This document shows, one piece after another, positions 11,834-23,019 of a stretch of DNA of 64,000 bases. The translations under genes were made by a program, and so were the position numbers. The stretch comes from Phoronis australis (Eukaryota; Animalia; Phoronida). Numbering within the stretch: the stretch's first letter is position 1; the number at the start of each line of letters is the position of its first letter. Below the pieces are notes generated by a model. It saw only the letters and a list, made by a program, of their open reading frames with translations, had not been told where the DNA came from and did no database searches. The stretch lies in assembly GCA_002633005.1 (NCBI GenBank), contig NMRA01000511.1:66147-130146 (forward strand), written 5' to 3'.

Positions 11834-13376
11834 CTGCAAGACATCAACAAGCACGTCTTAGACCAGTAACAACGGCCATCGGACAGGACGTGCATGCAAG
11901 CAACTCTAAACAAGAAGACCAGATCCTTCACAATGCTGTCCTACAGTACATGTATGTTAACAGACCACTTGCGGTTTTCCGTCGCAATAACGATAATAAG
12001 TTTTCATGATTTTAGTGAAGAAAACAAGACACTGGTTTGAATACAATCCCCATTTCAGACAACTGACAGTACACTGCCGACTACAAAAATGAAATAGATG
12101 AAAAAAAAAATAAAATAATACTCATAACCCCACCCCACACCTTTCTGGGTGGAGCTACTCTTGACAAAAAACAGAACTTAATCACTAATTCGCTATATCA
12201 GATATCACTGAGTAAGATAAGGAGAAAGCACTGCCAAAACAGAACGTATCAGTTACCAGAAACCCAAGTCTGCACTCCTCTTCATGGAGGTAGAAAACCA
12301 CATTGTATGACAGACTTAATATCCACACTTCTGAGCAGAGGAAGGCTGTAGAAGACTGAAACACCACGGCCCACACACATGTTCAAACACTTTATGTCCG
12401 CACTGAACTTAACTATGGTCTTTCACTATATTAGAATGGTATTTGAATACAAATTCATTTGATAAAAAACAAGGATTACCACTACTGCAGCAGAATGAGT
12501 CATTTATGTTGGAGTCAGCACTAGTGCGTATAATCTCACTAACATACAGTCAGACCATGTCCATAGGTATGCATTATAATCAGTTGAAGAATAACATGAC
12601 ATTATGTTGTAACACTGAGCATCAACAACACTGAAATGTGACCACTTCTACATTTGGCAACTCTTAAGCCCCTTTCTCTTAAATTTTCCGGTCGCTAAAC
12701 AGTTTTTGAACAGGCTCACGAAATGCCGCAATGCACAACATGTTATTTGGCAGTTCTAGGTTAACAGAGTCGTGAACCAGATAGTTTCGCCACCTGGTGA
12801 TTGTGAGACAAGTCCCATAGTCCTACTGACATGCTACATAGTGGGTAAATACCGCATACTGTCCATTGCTTAATATCTAAGCAGAGAGAGAATATATTAA
12901 CATGTATAAAATGCAGAATCATAGAGGGCGTTGTTGGTATGTCAGAAAGTGACCATTCTACACAAACACCATTCCCTGCTACAAGTGTTAAACATGGAAG
13001 ACAATATGAACCACAACACAGACAGTGCTTGCTATCAACCTTCACTTCATCACACGACTTGACGTCAGAGGGAACAAGTGTTGAACACAAGAGAACGACC
13101 ATTTCATGTGAGCCAGTAACATCAACCAAGAGTCCATAGCAGCAGGCTTGGTATGCATTATGCAACCATTCAAGGTAAGGTCGCTGACATTACTATATCA
13201 TGTGTGCAGTAAAAAGGTGCCCTGTGAACAAGTGACTCCTGGCTCGTTTTCAACTACCTGACCATACAGTTCAATTGTAACTAGCTGTAGACTACCATGA
13301 CCACTTCGACTTGACAACATCCACACTTTCTGTCAATAAGAATTAAATCCATCAAGTGGAGACAACTCCTCAAGTG

Positions 13377-13693
13377 TCACTGGAAGTGCAACTCCGGATT
13401 ATGAGGACACTTTTTCTCATGAGTCTTGGCATTGTCCGGCCGGCTAAACACCTTGCGACAATGGCGGCACTGATACACATGTCGCACGTCCACTGGCCGT
13501 GCGTCGCAATACTTTTCATGACGCACGTGAGAGTCACGCCGGGTGAACCGTGCTGCGCAGTACCGGCACGACACGTTCCGACCACATACTCCCTCGTGCT
13601 TGGTGAGGCTGGCTGCATTGTGGAACTTATTGCCACAGTTTGGACATTGGAATCCAGTGCCTAGTAAGCCTCTGTCAGACATGTACGCCAACC
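13377..13693 (-). CDS. Variable terminal cassette V9 with three C2HC (Cx2Cx12Hx3C) fingers
   Basis: Acceptor cttatttctgttgtag|, phase 1, fingers CPNC..HEGVC, CRYC..HEKYC, CRHC..HEKKC. Confidence 0.88.
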
Positions 13694-16600
13694 CTACAAC
13701 AGAAATAAGCCGTCGTCACCGCGCACCGCCTCACCAGACCCGATGACTGCATCAGAACAGACACACATCACGAGAGTCTTGACAACCCCAACACACTTGA
13801 GTCAACTGGCAATCACTGGTAGGCATGCTCTTCTTCAGTAGTTTCTCAAATGAGGCGGTGACCATGAGAGTTTTAATCTTAGCAATGTTTCTATTTTGTT
13901 TCAATATACTTATGATCATAGGAAGAGATATTTAAGCATTTTGATGTAGTAAGACTACCTTGCTGATATTTAAAAGGCTACTCAACTATAACAGTGTTAG
14001 AATCATTATGCCTCAAGGCATGATATCCCAGGACATCACCCATTTGTAGCTATTTATGACCCAGTCATATTCAATATTTATGCATATAATTGTCAAGGTA
14101 TCACACACAGTTTGTTTATATCTCATGTTCACACACTCTATTGGGCTATTTACACGTTCGTTCTAAACCTCAATTACTTGGACCCTGTTTTGGAAGCCAA
14201 CAAGTCTATCATTGGTAACCCGTAAATTATGCTTGTAAACTACAGGCATACTTTTCACAAAGCGTTTTACGAGCGTAACCACACTTCCCAATGAGACATT
14301 TGGTTGTAGGTCACGTGAGCCCTAAAGAACTTGAGCGCTCGTAAAATTACGTTCAAAAAGACAACCACCAATTACAATAGCCTAACTCATAACTGTGAAA
14401 ATGGCCAAACTTGGCTACAGTGGGATCATCATATCTCAGATATGGCTGAATGGAGTCATGAAAAACTTTCAGACACCGTGCTTCGTGCACTGTTCTCAAA
14501 AACAATTAGGTATTGTTTTCAAAGTGTTTCACTTTTGCTTGAGATGCTATCAAAAATAAGGCTTTGATGACATTCCAGAAAAACATCGAAAGTTGAATAA
14601 AACGAAAACAAAGTCATAATTTAGAAAACTATCATGCTGACACTCTTGGTTTTAAGAGCATGATACAGCAGCGTAATTTATGTGCATAATTGACAGGTGA
14701 CATTTTCCTCCAAGTGGCCAATGATACAGTCAGAGCAACCCTTCTCTCTCCAGCCTGTTCCACACTATCCACTCAATACACTAAGTGTGTCATATACAGC
14801 CATAATGTGAAGTATGTTGCATCACATGCCTACCAATATAGCACATCAAGTGAAGTTTGTTGCATCGCACGTCAATCAGCTCAGGCATTGACACTTCAAC
14901 ACAAAGCAAAGGTATGAACTCTGTGATTAATGAGCCCTGTTCGGCTACGACTAGTAGGGGTTATACAAGGAACTGCTGTCAAAATACACCGCGACCAAGC
15001 AAAACTTGTTTCATAAGGGGCTCACAGTGCTGCCTCGGCTGAAAAGCAAGCGTTCTTGTGTCAAGGATGACAACGGGGAGACATAGCAATTTAGGGAGTA
15101 GCAAACAACAGATGTATTCCCACGGGCACTAGAGGTCTCCTCCTTCCACACTCAACAAGTTGAACATGACACAGAAAGTTTCAACACACAACACGTGCAA
15201 AACGTGCCACTTCTGTTTCACTGATGCCTTTGTGTTTGATGAATTACCCAATAATGTGAAGCAATTTGACTGTCAGGCACGGACACAGCACAATAGTACT
15301 GTGTGCGCCCGTCCTAGTGTGGTCAAAGAAGCTATAAACCTACGTTCCTGCAAAGATTTAGCTTTTAATTCCGACCAATTAAAACTATAAAATTGATCTC
15401 AACTTGTTTCTACCTCAGATGTGAAGTGCCTTGGTTATAATTGCTAAAGACCATGCTCAGCTGACTACTGACACGCCCCCTAGCGGAGCCTGATCTTAAA
15501 CAACTACAAGAAACCAACTTTGAGACCAATTTTATAATGGCAAATTGTGTTAATCAAAAGTTTCTGCAAATGAAGGCCAATTTGTAGCTGCATCAACGGA
15601 CTGTCACACACGAATCACTCAAGCCACAGTGTATATGTATGAGGTCAGTGGTCAGATTAACACAAACGGGTATTGATGGTACACTAATGGTACACTACCA
15701 GCATACAGGAGGCAAGGTGTGACCAAAGCTCATCAACAGTCCGTGACCACATATTTACACAACCTTGGTCTTGCATGATAAATTGTTAACGCACAGAGAG
15801 TGAATTCAAACTAAGAGAGGGGTTTACAATAAATGACTGCAGACAGACTGCGGGCCTAATTACAAATTCAAGTACAATAAACTTCGCACAAGTCAGAAAC
15901 AACCACATAAAGAGTTATTCTTCAAGTGAAATACAACTCAACCTATCAGAAGAGACTAGAACACACAAGAACAACGGAACTTTGTCCGTGTCAAGCAAAG
16001 ATATGACTCAGGCACCAGTGCTTTCTACAACCTGACTCGACTTGTAGTAATAACAAGTTTGGATTTTGCAGTAGTGAGTTCAGCTTTCCCGCCAGCATAT
16101 CCAAAAAAAAAGCGAGTAAGAACAAAATAGATTATCCCTTTCTTCAGACACATTTTAAAAAAAATTGGCGACCATTCAGTGTTCAATTATCCCGAGGCCT
16201 CACATACGTTGAAACGTCTCACAAGTGGACATGTCAATAGACTTTGTAATTTCCAATGAAAATGCGTTTTCTGTAGTGGAGAACACAGTGCTGAGTACAT
16301 CTACGCCAGCTTCATTGCATGCATGATATGTAATGAAGAATACAACTCAACCTGACATGTCAAGTGCTTCTTGTGTACAAGTGCGCATATCTGGAAATCA
16401 TCATTTGGTGATCAGTTTCACCAAGGGTCCATTCAGGAATAAAGTAATGGATACAGTGGCGTTCAAGAAAACAGTCAAAAGTACAAATTCCAAGTTTCAG
16501 TATGCGTTGACCTTGAAGACACCCTAGTTTACCCATTTTTAAAAACAAAGAATTTTATTCCCCAACATAAAATTCTGTTTCGTAAATTGTCAAATTCAGT

Positions 16601-17334
16601 TTTACTGTTATGAAATGGTACACGACAAAAAAGATTCGAGAATTCCCTAACTATTACCACTGAGAAGGGTCCCAAGTCAGTTTCTCCAATGCCATGTTGC
16701 ACGCCATGTATATTGTTTCTCAAAATTGGAAAAGAAAAAGCAGCAACAGAAACAAAGAGTAGCTAAATAGCTGGATTATGTAGAATTAGATAGATCGCAT
16801 TCATAGTTTTGGGTTATTGTTAGACAAACATATTAGAACTCTGGTACCCTTTATTGAAACATGGAAATTCCGCTTGAAATGTCAACTGAACCTCTTCAAA
16901 TTTTAAGATCATTTTCCAAACACGAAAAACAAGGTATAAAGTACTAAGAATGCACAGGCAGTAGACAAAATAATCACAATCTTTTTCTCAAAAAAAAAAA
17001 ATGAAATACTAAGCTGACAATGAAAAGTAAAATAGATAAATCAAATTCTTCAGTTTTATTTCTCAAAACATTGGTTCCAAAATGGCACTATCATGAAGTC
17101 AATGTCCATCTTTGAGGCCAAAGACTGTGGACTTGAAGTGAACACAGGGACAGTGGTATCAAGTTGACAACTACTCAAACCTAGCAGAGGTCTTTGTTTT
17201 TTATTTTAGTGGCAATACATTCAAAACTTATGTCAATATAGAAAGCATATGTGGTCTTTGGCAGAAAAATTGTCATCTCACGCCCGGAAAGTAGAATAGG
17301 TAACTATTTTCAAAAAAGGCATACCAACCCTTAA

Positions 17335-17404
17335 CACACACACACACACACACCTGAAGTTGTGACAGCAACACCAAAAAAAAAAAAAAAAAAAAAAAAA
17401 AAAN
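17335..17404. repeat. (CA)n microsatellite and poly(A) run ending at an N
   Basis: Direct reading. Confidence 0.9.
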
Positions 17405-18027
17405 GATTACTGAATGCAATGGTGCAAGCAGTTAATCTCTAAGGAAAAGGAACTTTGCACAGTTGATTCAGTAAGAGGTGCATATGCAAGCCTAACATGG
17501 CCATACAAGTAAGTTTGAAGACACTTGGCGAGTCAGGTCAAGTATAGAAACACCAGAACAGCACAGTATCCATGTTGACGCTACAGAAGACAGTGCCCCC
17601 TACCTGTTCACAATCAAACCAGGTTTCTGGGTGCACTATTGACTTGTAAACAAATACTGTTAAAAATAAGAAATTGTGGCTCAGGACCAGGGGTACTTAA
17701 TTGGCTGGGACTGCAAGGTTCCAGGTTTAGTTGGAACAGAGGACAACAACAGTGAGGTCATGAAGATGTCATCCACTGGGTCAGCTTCCAGATCAAGATT
17801 GAAACTGTCTTCATGAAGATTACTGCATTGTGAGAGTGTAATGTCAAGACAAAAGGACATGATATTAGGCTCATGACAAAAAATGGTACAATTGTTTCTA
17901 TGCACCAACCTTCCAACTTCTTTCCTGCACCTTTTCTCATATTAACCTGTCTGCAAGTGGTTGAGGAAGCGACATGCAGATACTGTACTGTTCTGCCATC
18001 TAGTGGTGAAAGCAAATGAGTGCTTAC

Positions 18028-18119
18028 CTGAATCCGTTTGAACAGTGTGTGTTTCCAAAAGTTCTGTAACTGAGTCGCGTGCACCGGGTGTACGTTTCGC
18101 TGACAATGGAGATGGGCCG
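18028..18119 (-). CDS. Constant exon 4 (last common exon, 92 nt) of the variable zinc-finger gene
   Basis: Acceptor acatttccttgcag|, phase 2 in, GPSPLSAKRTPGARDSVTELLETHTVQTDS, strong donor CAG|GTAAGC in phase 1, matching all cassettes. Confidence 0.8.
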
Positions 18120-18775
18120 CTGCAAGGAAATGTAAAGCTTAGCACCACTTGTACCAGAAGGCTGCCCTAAGCCCAACATCTGCAGCCGAAAGGATAGCAC
18201 TTTGTGGCGCTTAGGAAAACATTCACAATGATTTTCAGGGCATCAAAATAAAATTGAAAATTTAGACTTTGCCATCAAGTGCAAATTGAGTGAATCTCAC
18301 TGCATACTATTATTAACAATACAATTCACATGTGTAAATATTAGATTAAGTTTCTAAAATTAAGTCAGATTTATGTGATACCGTGATAAGGCCCAATTCG
18401 AATTCTTTGAGGCTAAATGGTTCACATGACATCACCCAACTGACGGGCAAAGTAATCTCCTTTAACAACAAGCCAAGTAAATGTACCTGGCGTGTGGGAG
18501 GAAGCAATACAAAACCCTTTTCTATGGCAACACACAACTGGGCTGTGTGTTGGTGTATCAACTAAATGGACGGAACTTCCCAGTGCAGAGACCACGGTGA
18601 AGAAACTTAAAGTCCCTGATAATTGTCCACTATGGGAGAATTGCGAGACTGCTTACGCGTGGAATACTCGGGCGATTAAGTACAGTATCACTGGTGCACT
18701 TTAAACCCACCATACCTAGATATAGTGCTAATGAATACCTAGGGCAAGGATATTAGTTAAAAAGTGCATAATTAC

Positions 18776-19511
18776 GTGGATGGTCCGGCGCGTGGAGTTG
18801 TGGGTGTGAGCATGGGTTTATGAACTGGTCTTGCAACTTGTGGTGACATCATGTGAGGAACAGGCATGCCTGGAACCAAGTGCGACACACTGGTCACAGG
18901 TTCCCCTGCTGATACGCTGGCGCCACCACCATACCTATCCAATGTACCGGCGGACTCACTGAGCCACAAACTACTGTCACCGGCCTCGCTCACTGCTGGC
19001 TTCACATCCTCTCCCTCAGAGTCTGAATCTAACATAACAATGTTTTGGTCCTGCTCCATTTTTATTGCCACTGCTGACTGTTCTGCAGAGCTGGCATCAG
19101 CCACAGCCACAGTCGCCACCGTTGTGTTCAAAGCAGAGTCAGATGCTGAGGTTGTTAGTGGACTAGATTCCATCTGTTGCGAAGTCGCTATGCTTGCCGA
19201 AGGTGTCGGCGGCAATGCAGGTGTCCTCACACTACGTGATATGGCATTTTTTAATATATTAGCCACGACACTCTTGGGTCGCGCTGGTCGGGCCCTATTA
19301 ACCCCGCCACGACCCCGTCTAGCGGCTGTCCCGTGATTACCACGCCTGTTGAACGAGAGTCCAGAGTAGCTCCTAGGCTGACTAGCACCAACAGTGGAAT
19401 TATGTTGAGAAAGAAACGCTGCACTTCCCAACTGCACATTGCCGCCCTCCTTGCTCCGTGGCCATTGTGACGGATCATTGCCTGCTGACCACGATGCTGA
19501 GTTTTCATCAC
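18776..19511 (-). CDS. Constant exon 3 (736 nt), low-complexity S/T/A/P linker with basic and acidic patches
   Basis: Longest ORF in the window; acceptor gttatcttcag| phase 1, donor AC|GTAATT phase 2, matching the 18119 exon. Confidence 0.82.
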
Positions 19512-20572
19512 CTGAAGATAACACCATGTTAGAACACAACAAATATACCCAACGCAGCAAACAACTGCAGCGGGGAATGTAAAAGCAGATGTCAACCAAA
19601 TGTGAATGAAATCAAACACAGCAGTGTAACATGGATGGGCCCAGAAAGTGTAAGTACTCCACAAACCTTCTAATCAATGCACACAAATAACCTCAAGCTC
19701 TTAACACATCGCATTAACAACATTAAACTTCACCCAATGAGTTTGGATCACTTGAGTGGAGTTTGATAACTATTGTAAGAATGTTTAAAAATCAATGCTT
19801 CAGCAGATCAGAATCTTGTGGAGTTGACAAAATCAACCTAACTAGAAATGGACCTCATGTCACGGGGCATTCTGCTATAGGGCAACAGTCGGATATGACG
19901 CGTCCACAATTTGAGAACCAATTTCCTCAACTGAATAATGGACTGGTTCTCAAAACACGGGCACTTCATATCCCGCTGTTACCTGTTGCATTGCTTTATT
20001 GCTGTCTTTGTGGGATGTTGAATCACTACTGTGAAGCAGGTGAAACTAGTAAGACTGTGTGTTCCTCAGCCTACAGGCAGTTTGGTAGGCTTGAAGAGCG
20101 CAAGTAAATGGCATGCCTTCATTTGAAACTGAGATATAATGATGCTGACCAGCCACTGAATTGTCTCTGTTCAGGTGAAAACTGTGATGGTGTTCACACT
20201 GTGTTACACATGTACAATTGACCTCATAATGTTCCTTGTCCATATGACTTCATTTCTGTTGCCAAACAAAAACATTGAAACTATCAGCGACACCAGAAAA
20301 GGCTTCAAAGTTAACTGGGGTTAGCCAAGCCTGGGTTAGCCAAGCCGACATTGCCCATTTGAAAATGGTGCATGTGCGCATTGCCTCCTCTTACTCGAGT
20401 TATTAGTTCATGTGCCAGTAATTTAAGATCGATGAGCTTGGCAATTTTCTAACCTCAAAGGGTTTCGCTCAAGAATTCAACACTGACAGCGTAACAGGGG
20501 CAAAATGCAACTAATGCACATGGCCTTCCAAGAAATGCATGTGAAAGCTGCAAATATCATCAAGGATAACCC

Positions 20573-20702
20573 CTTACTGTCTGTTAAGAGTCATGTGACC
20601 ATACGCACAAATGACTAACCACTTATTGTCTGTTAAAGAGCCATGTGACCATACACACATAAAGGCTAACCACTCACTGTCTGTTAGAATCATGTGACCA
20701 TA
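20573..20702. repeat. About 50-bp tandem repeat (2.5 copies) spanning the exon-2 splice donor
   Basis: catgtgacca at 20592, 20642 and 20691; each unit carries aacagaca followed by a donor-like hexamer on the minus strand. Confidence 0.8.
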
Positions 20703-20816
20703 TACTTTATACTCTGCCACCTTCAGGTCTAACCAGGCCACAAAATGAGATATAGTGTCGCCTTTGGCTTGTAGAATCATGGAGCAGAAGTTGACGCGAA
20801 GCCTGTCTGCATCCAT
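20678..20816 (-). CDS. Constant exon 2, coding part: start codon and 46-aa N-terminal domain (exon begins at 20862)
   Basis: Acceptor cttgtgctttgcag| at 20862; in-frame TGA just upstream of caagATGg (good Kozak context); MDADRLRVNFCSMILQAKGDTISHFVAWLDLKVAEYKVYGHMILTD; donor A|GTGAGT phase 1 matches the 19511 acceptor. Confidence 0.75.
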
Positions 20817-21391
20817 CTTGAATGTTCACCACACTGTTGAAGTCACCCAGGGGTAGCAGAGTCTGCAAAGCACAAGACTACACTTTGGTTTGAGTAACAC
20901 ATAACCTCGGATTCAATAACGTTATGCCAATACATAGCAGGCCTTGACAACAAGCAGCAGCTTGTATTCATAACCTGAAATTTGGAAATAAGAGCTGCGA
21001 TTCTGACAGACTCACATTAGTCGTATATTAGCCAAATATGCTACTTTCTGAAGGTGCAACACACACACTCGCTATGCCATGAAAATATCCTTCCTCATAT
21101 GACACACAGCGAAGTTGACTTAAGATCATACATCACAGCTATACTGCAAGAGTAACAAAAAAAAAACAAAAAAAAAACGTGGCGCGTGAGTACACATTTT
21201 CATGTGTTTTCTCTAAGGCAACACTATTCAAAAGCCCAGGAAAGTCTATGTTTTTATACATTGCAGGGTTTCCCGTGTGTAAACTTCTGGGAGGCCCGCC
21301 ACGCTCCTGTTTGGCCACACCACTCGTAAATCATACTCAAATTGACCGCCACACACCTAATCATGACGGGTAAACTTCACTGCCACGCAAA

Positions 21392-21535
21392 AATCGCTAG
21401 TAAAAATGATCGCTAGTGATCGCTAGTAAAAATGATCGCTAGTTAAAAATGATCGCTAGTAAAAATGATCGCGAGTAAAATGATCGAGAGTAAAATGAAT
21501 CGCAAGTAAAAAAATGATTGCTAGTAATAATGAAT
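21392..21535. repeat. 16-bp degenerate tandem repeat
   Basis: Unit aaaaatgatcgctagt, about 8 decaying copies. Confidence 0.9.
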
Positions 21536-23019
21536 AAGTACAAGTCACAAGGCACCTTTCGCTGTTTGTGGATCGAAAGGTAAAAATAATAATTTTACAT
21601 TGGGATCTTGAATTGTGCCCCAGTTAAACACAATCATCCAATCCCCAATCCCTTTTTGTACCTCGTTTCTGCCTGGTTATCTGACAATGCATATAAACTT
21701 AATACAGCCGGGGACCAGGCAACGACCTCGATACGAATTTTCTAACATGTGCCAGGGCTGGCTAATGAAGTAAGAAACAGTATGATTTCTGCTTCATTAA
21801 TTTTATTGTGTCCGAGTTTACAAAAGACATTATGAATTATACTGCAGGGCATGACATCCAACTGTTCAATCAACAATAGCCCCGCGCCAAAATGGCAATA
21901 TTGAAGGTATTCTCAAACTCGTCTGCATCATGTGGACTGGATTATACATCGTCTGCTACGCCGGCCAACGCCATTCCACTATCGTTGATTTATGTTTAGG
22001 TGTATTCCACAGTATTCGTTTTGTTACAGATGTGACATTCAGACACTTTAAATTCCAATATAAAATTAGTGAAACATCACAGTAGTAAGAAATTTTAAGT
22101 ACACATTACACACTTGATGGAAGCACTTCAGGTATCAAAAGTTTTTAATTCTGCACATTATAAGTGTACTAAAATTTACTTTTAATTAGTGTTACAGATG
22201 TGACCGAAAATGCCATGGTTAATATGCTAATGGTGGTTTGTCTAAAAACTCTGTTCTGTCTTTCATATTATGGAACTAGTTTCCCTATAGATAATTTAAC
22301 TATTTATTTGGCTATAACATGAAGAAAAGGTTTTTGAACTAAAATCAAGTCTTTGTATAATTATGAGCAATTTAAAAAAACCACGTGCGTTACAGATGTG
22401 ACTGTTACAGATGTGACTATTTGGCACTTGCACTATACAGAGTTGTAGAATGCAATTTTAATGAAAACAAAGCTAATAAAATCACATTAAGTGTATGTAA
22501 GGGTTGTGGGTAAACTATTTTAGTGTTTTTGATAGATGGAGTCTTAAAATTTACTTTGCTTGTTTGCGTGCACCTGTGTTTTGAGCTTCATTATGAAATT
22601 GTGGTCACTGAGAGAAAAATACAACAACTATACCAAGTAAGTCCTTAAACCACCTTGAAAAAGTTGAGTTTAGTAACAGGAGTAAATCAGGTACAACTAA
22701 CTAAGACCAACATAAACACTCATGCAGGTATAATTACGAAGTGACGTGAAATGCTGACATCACGTACTGAGCTAAAATCTTAGGATTAAATTTTGTTTAG
22801 GCTGCGACAGTTGGTTGTCCTTGTAAATTATTCTGAGCAATGATTGATATGCAGAACAGGCAGTTTTTTGATTATTTGGTCCAAGTCGATCCATGTGGTG
22901 TCGTCTTGTGCTGGTAAACTGAACGCAGTCTTGTTACTATCTGTTTTTCTCATGACAGTGACTTTGATACCATCTCTTTCAACCATCATGATCTATGCAA
23001 CGTTTGAGCTCCTAGGACA

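Larger units (their letters stand above)
9500..11956. repeat. About 1.23-kb near-identical direct duplication joined by a single N (probable allelic/contig-overlap artefact)
   Basis: 9500-10720 matches 10722-11956; copy 1 ends exactly at the N (tacatgtatg-n) and copy 2 starts right after it (tttacgcaacag). Confidence 0.9.

Noticed and set aside
10314-12009. Duplicated 103-114 aa ORFs on both strands
   Set aside because: Antisense or off-frame shadows of cassette V8; the zinc-finger frame is a different one
3914-13691. Treating each zinc-finger ORF as a separate single-exon gene
   Set aside because: Their listed starts are mostly non-ATG codons lying in polypyrimidine tracts; all have phase-1 acceptors matching one upstream donor
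18866-19664. 156-aa plus-strand and 137-aa minus-strand ORFs
   Set aside because: Shadow frames of constant exon 3
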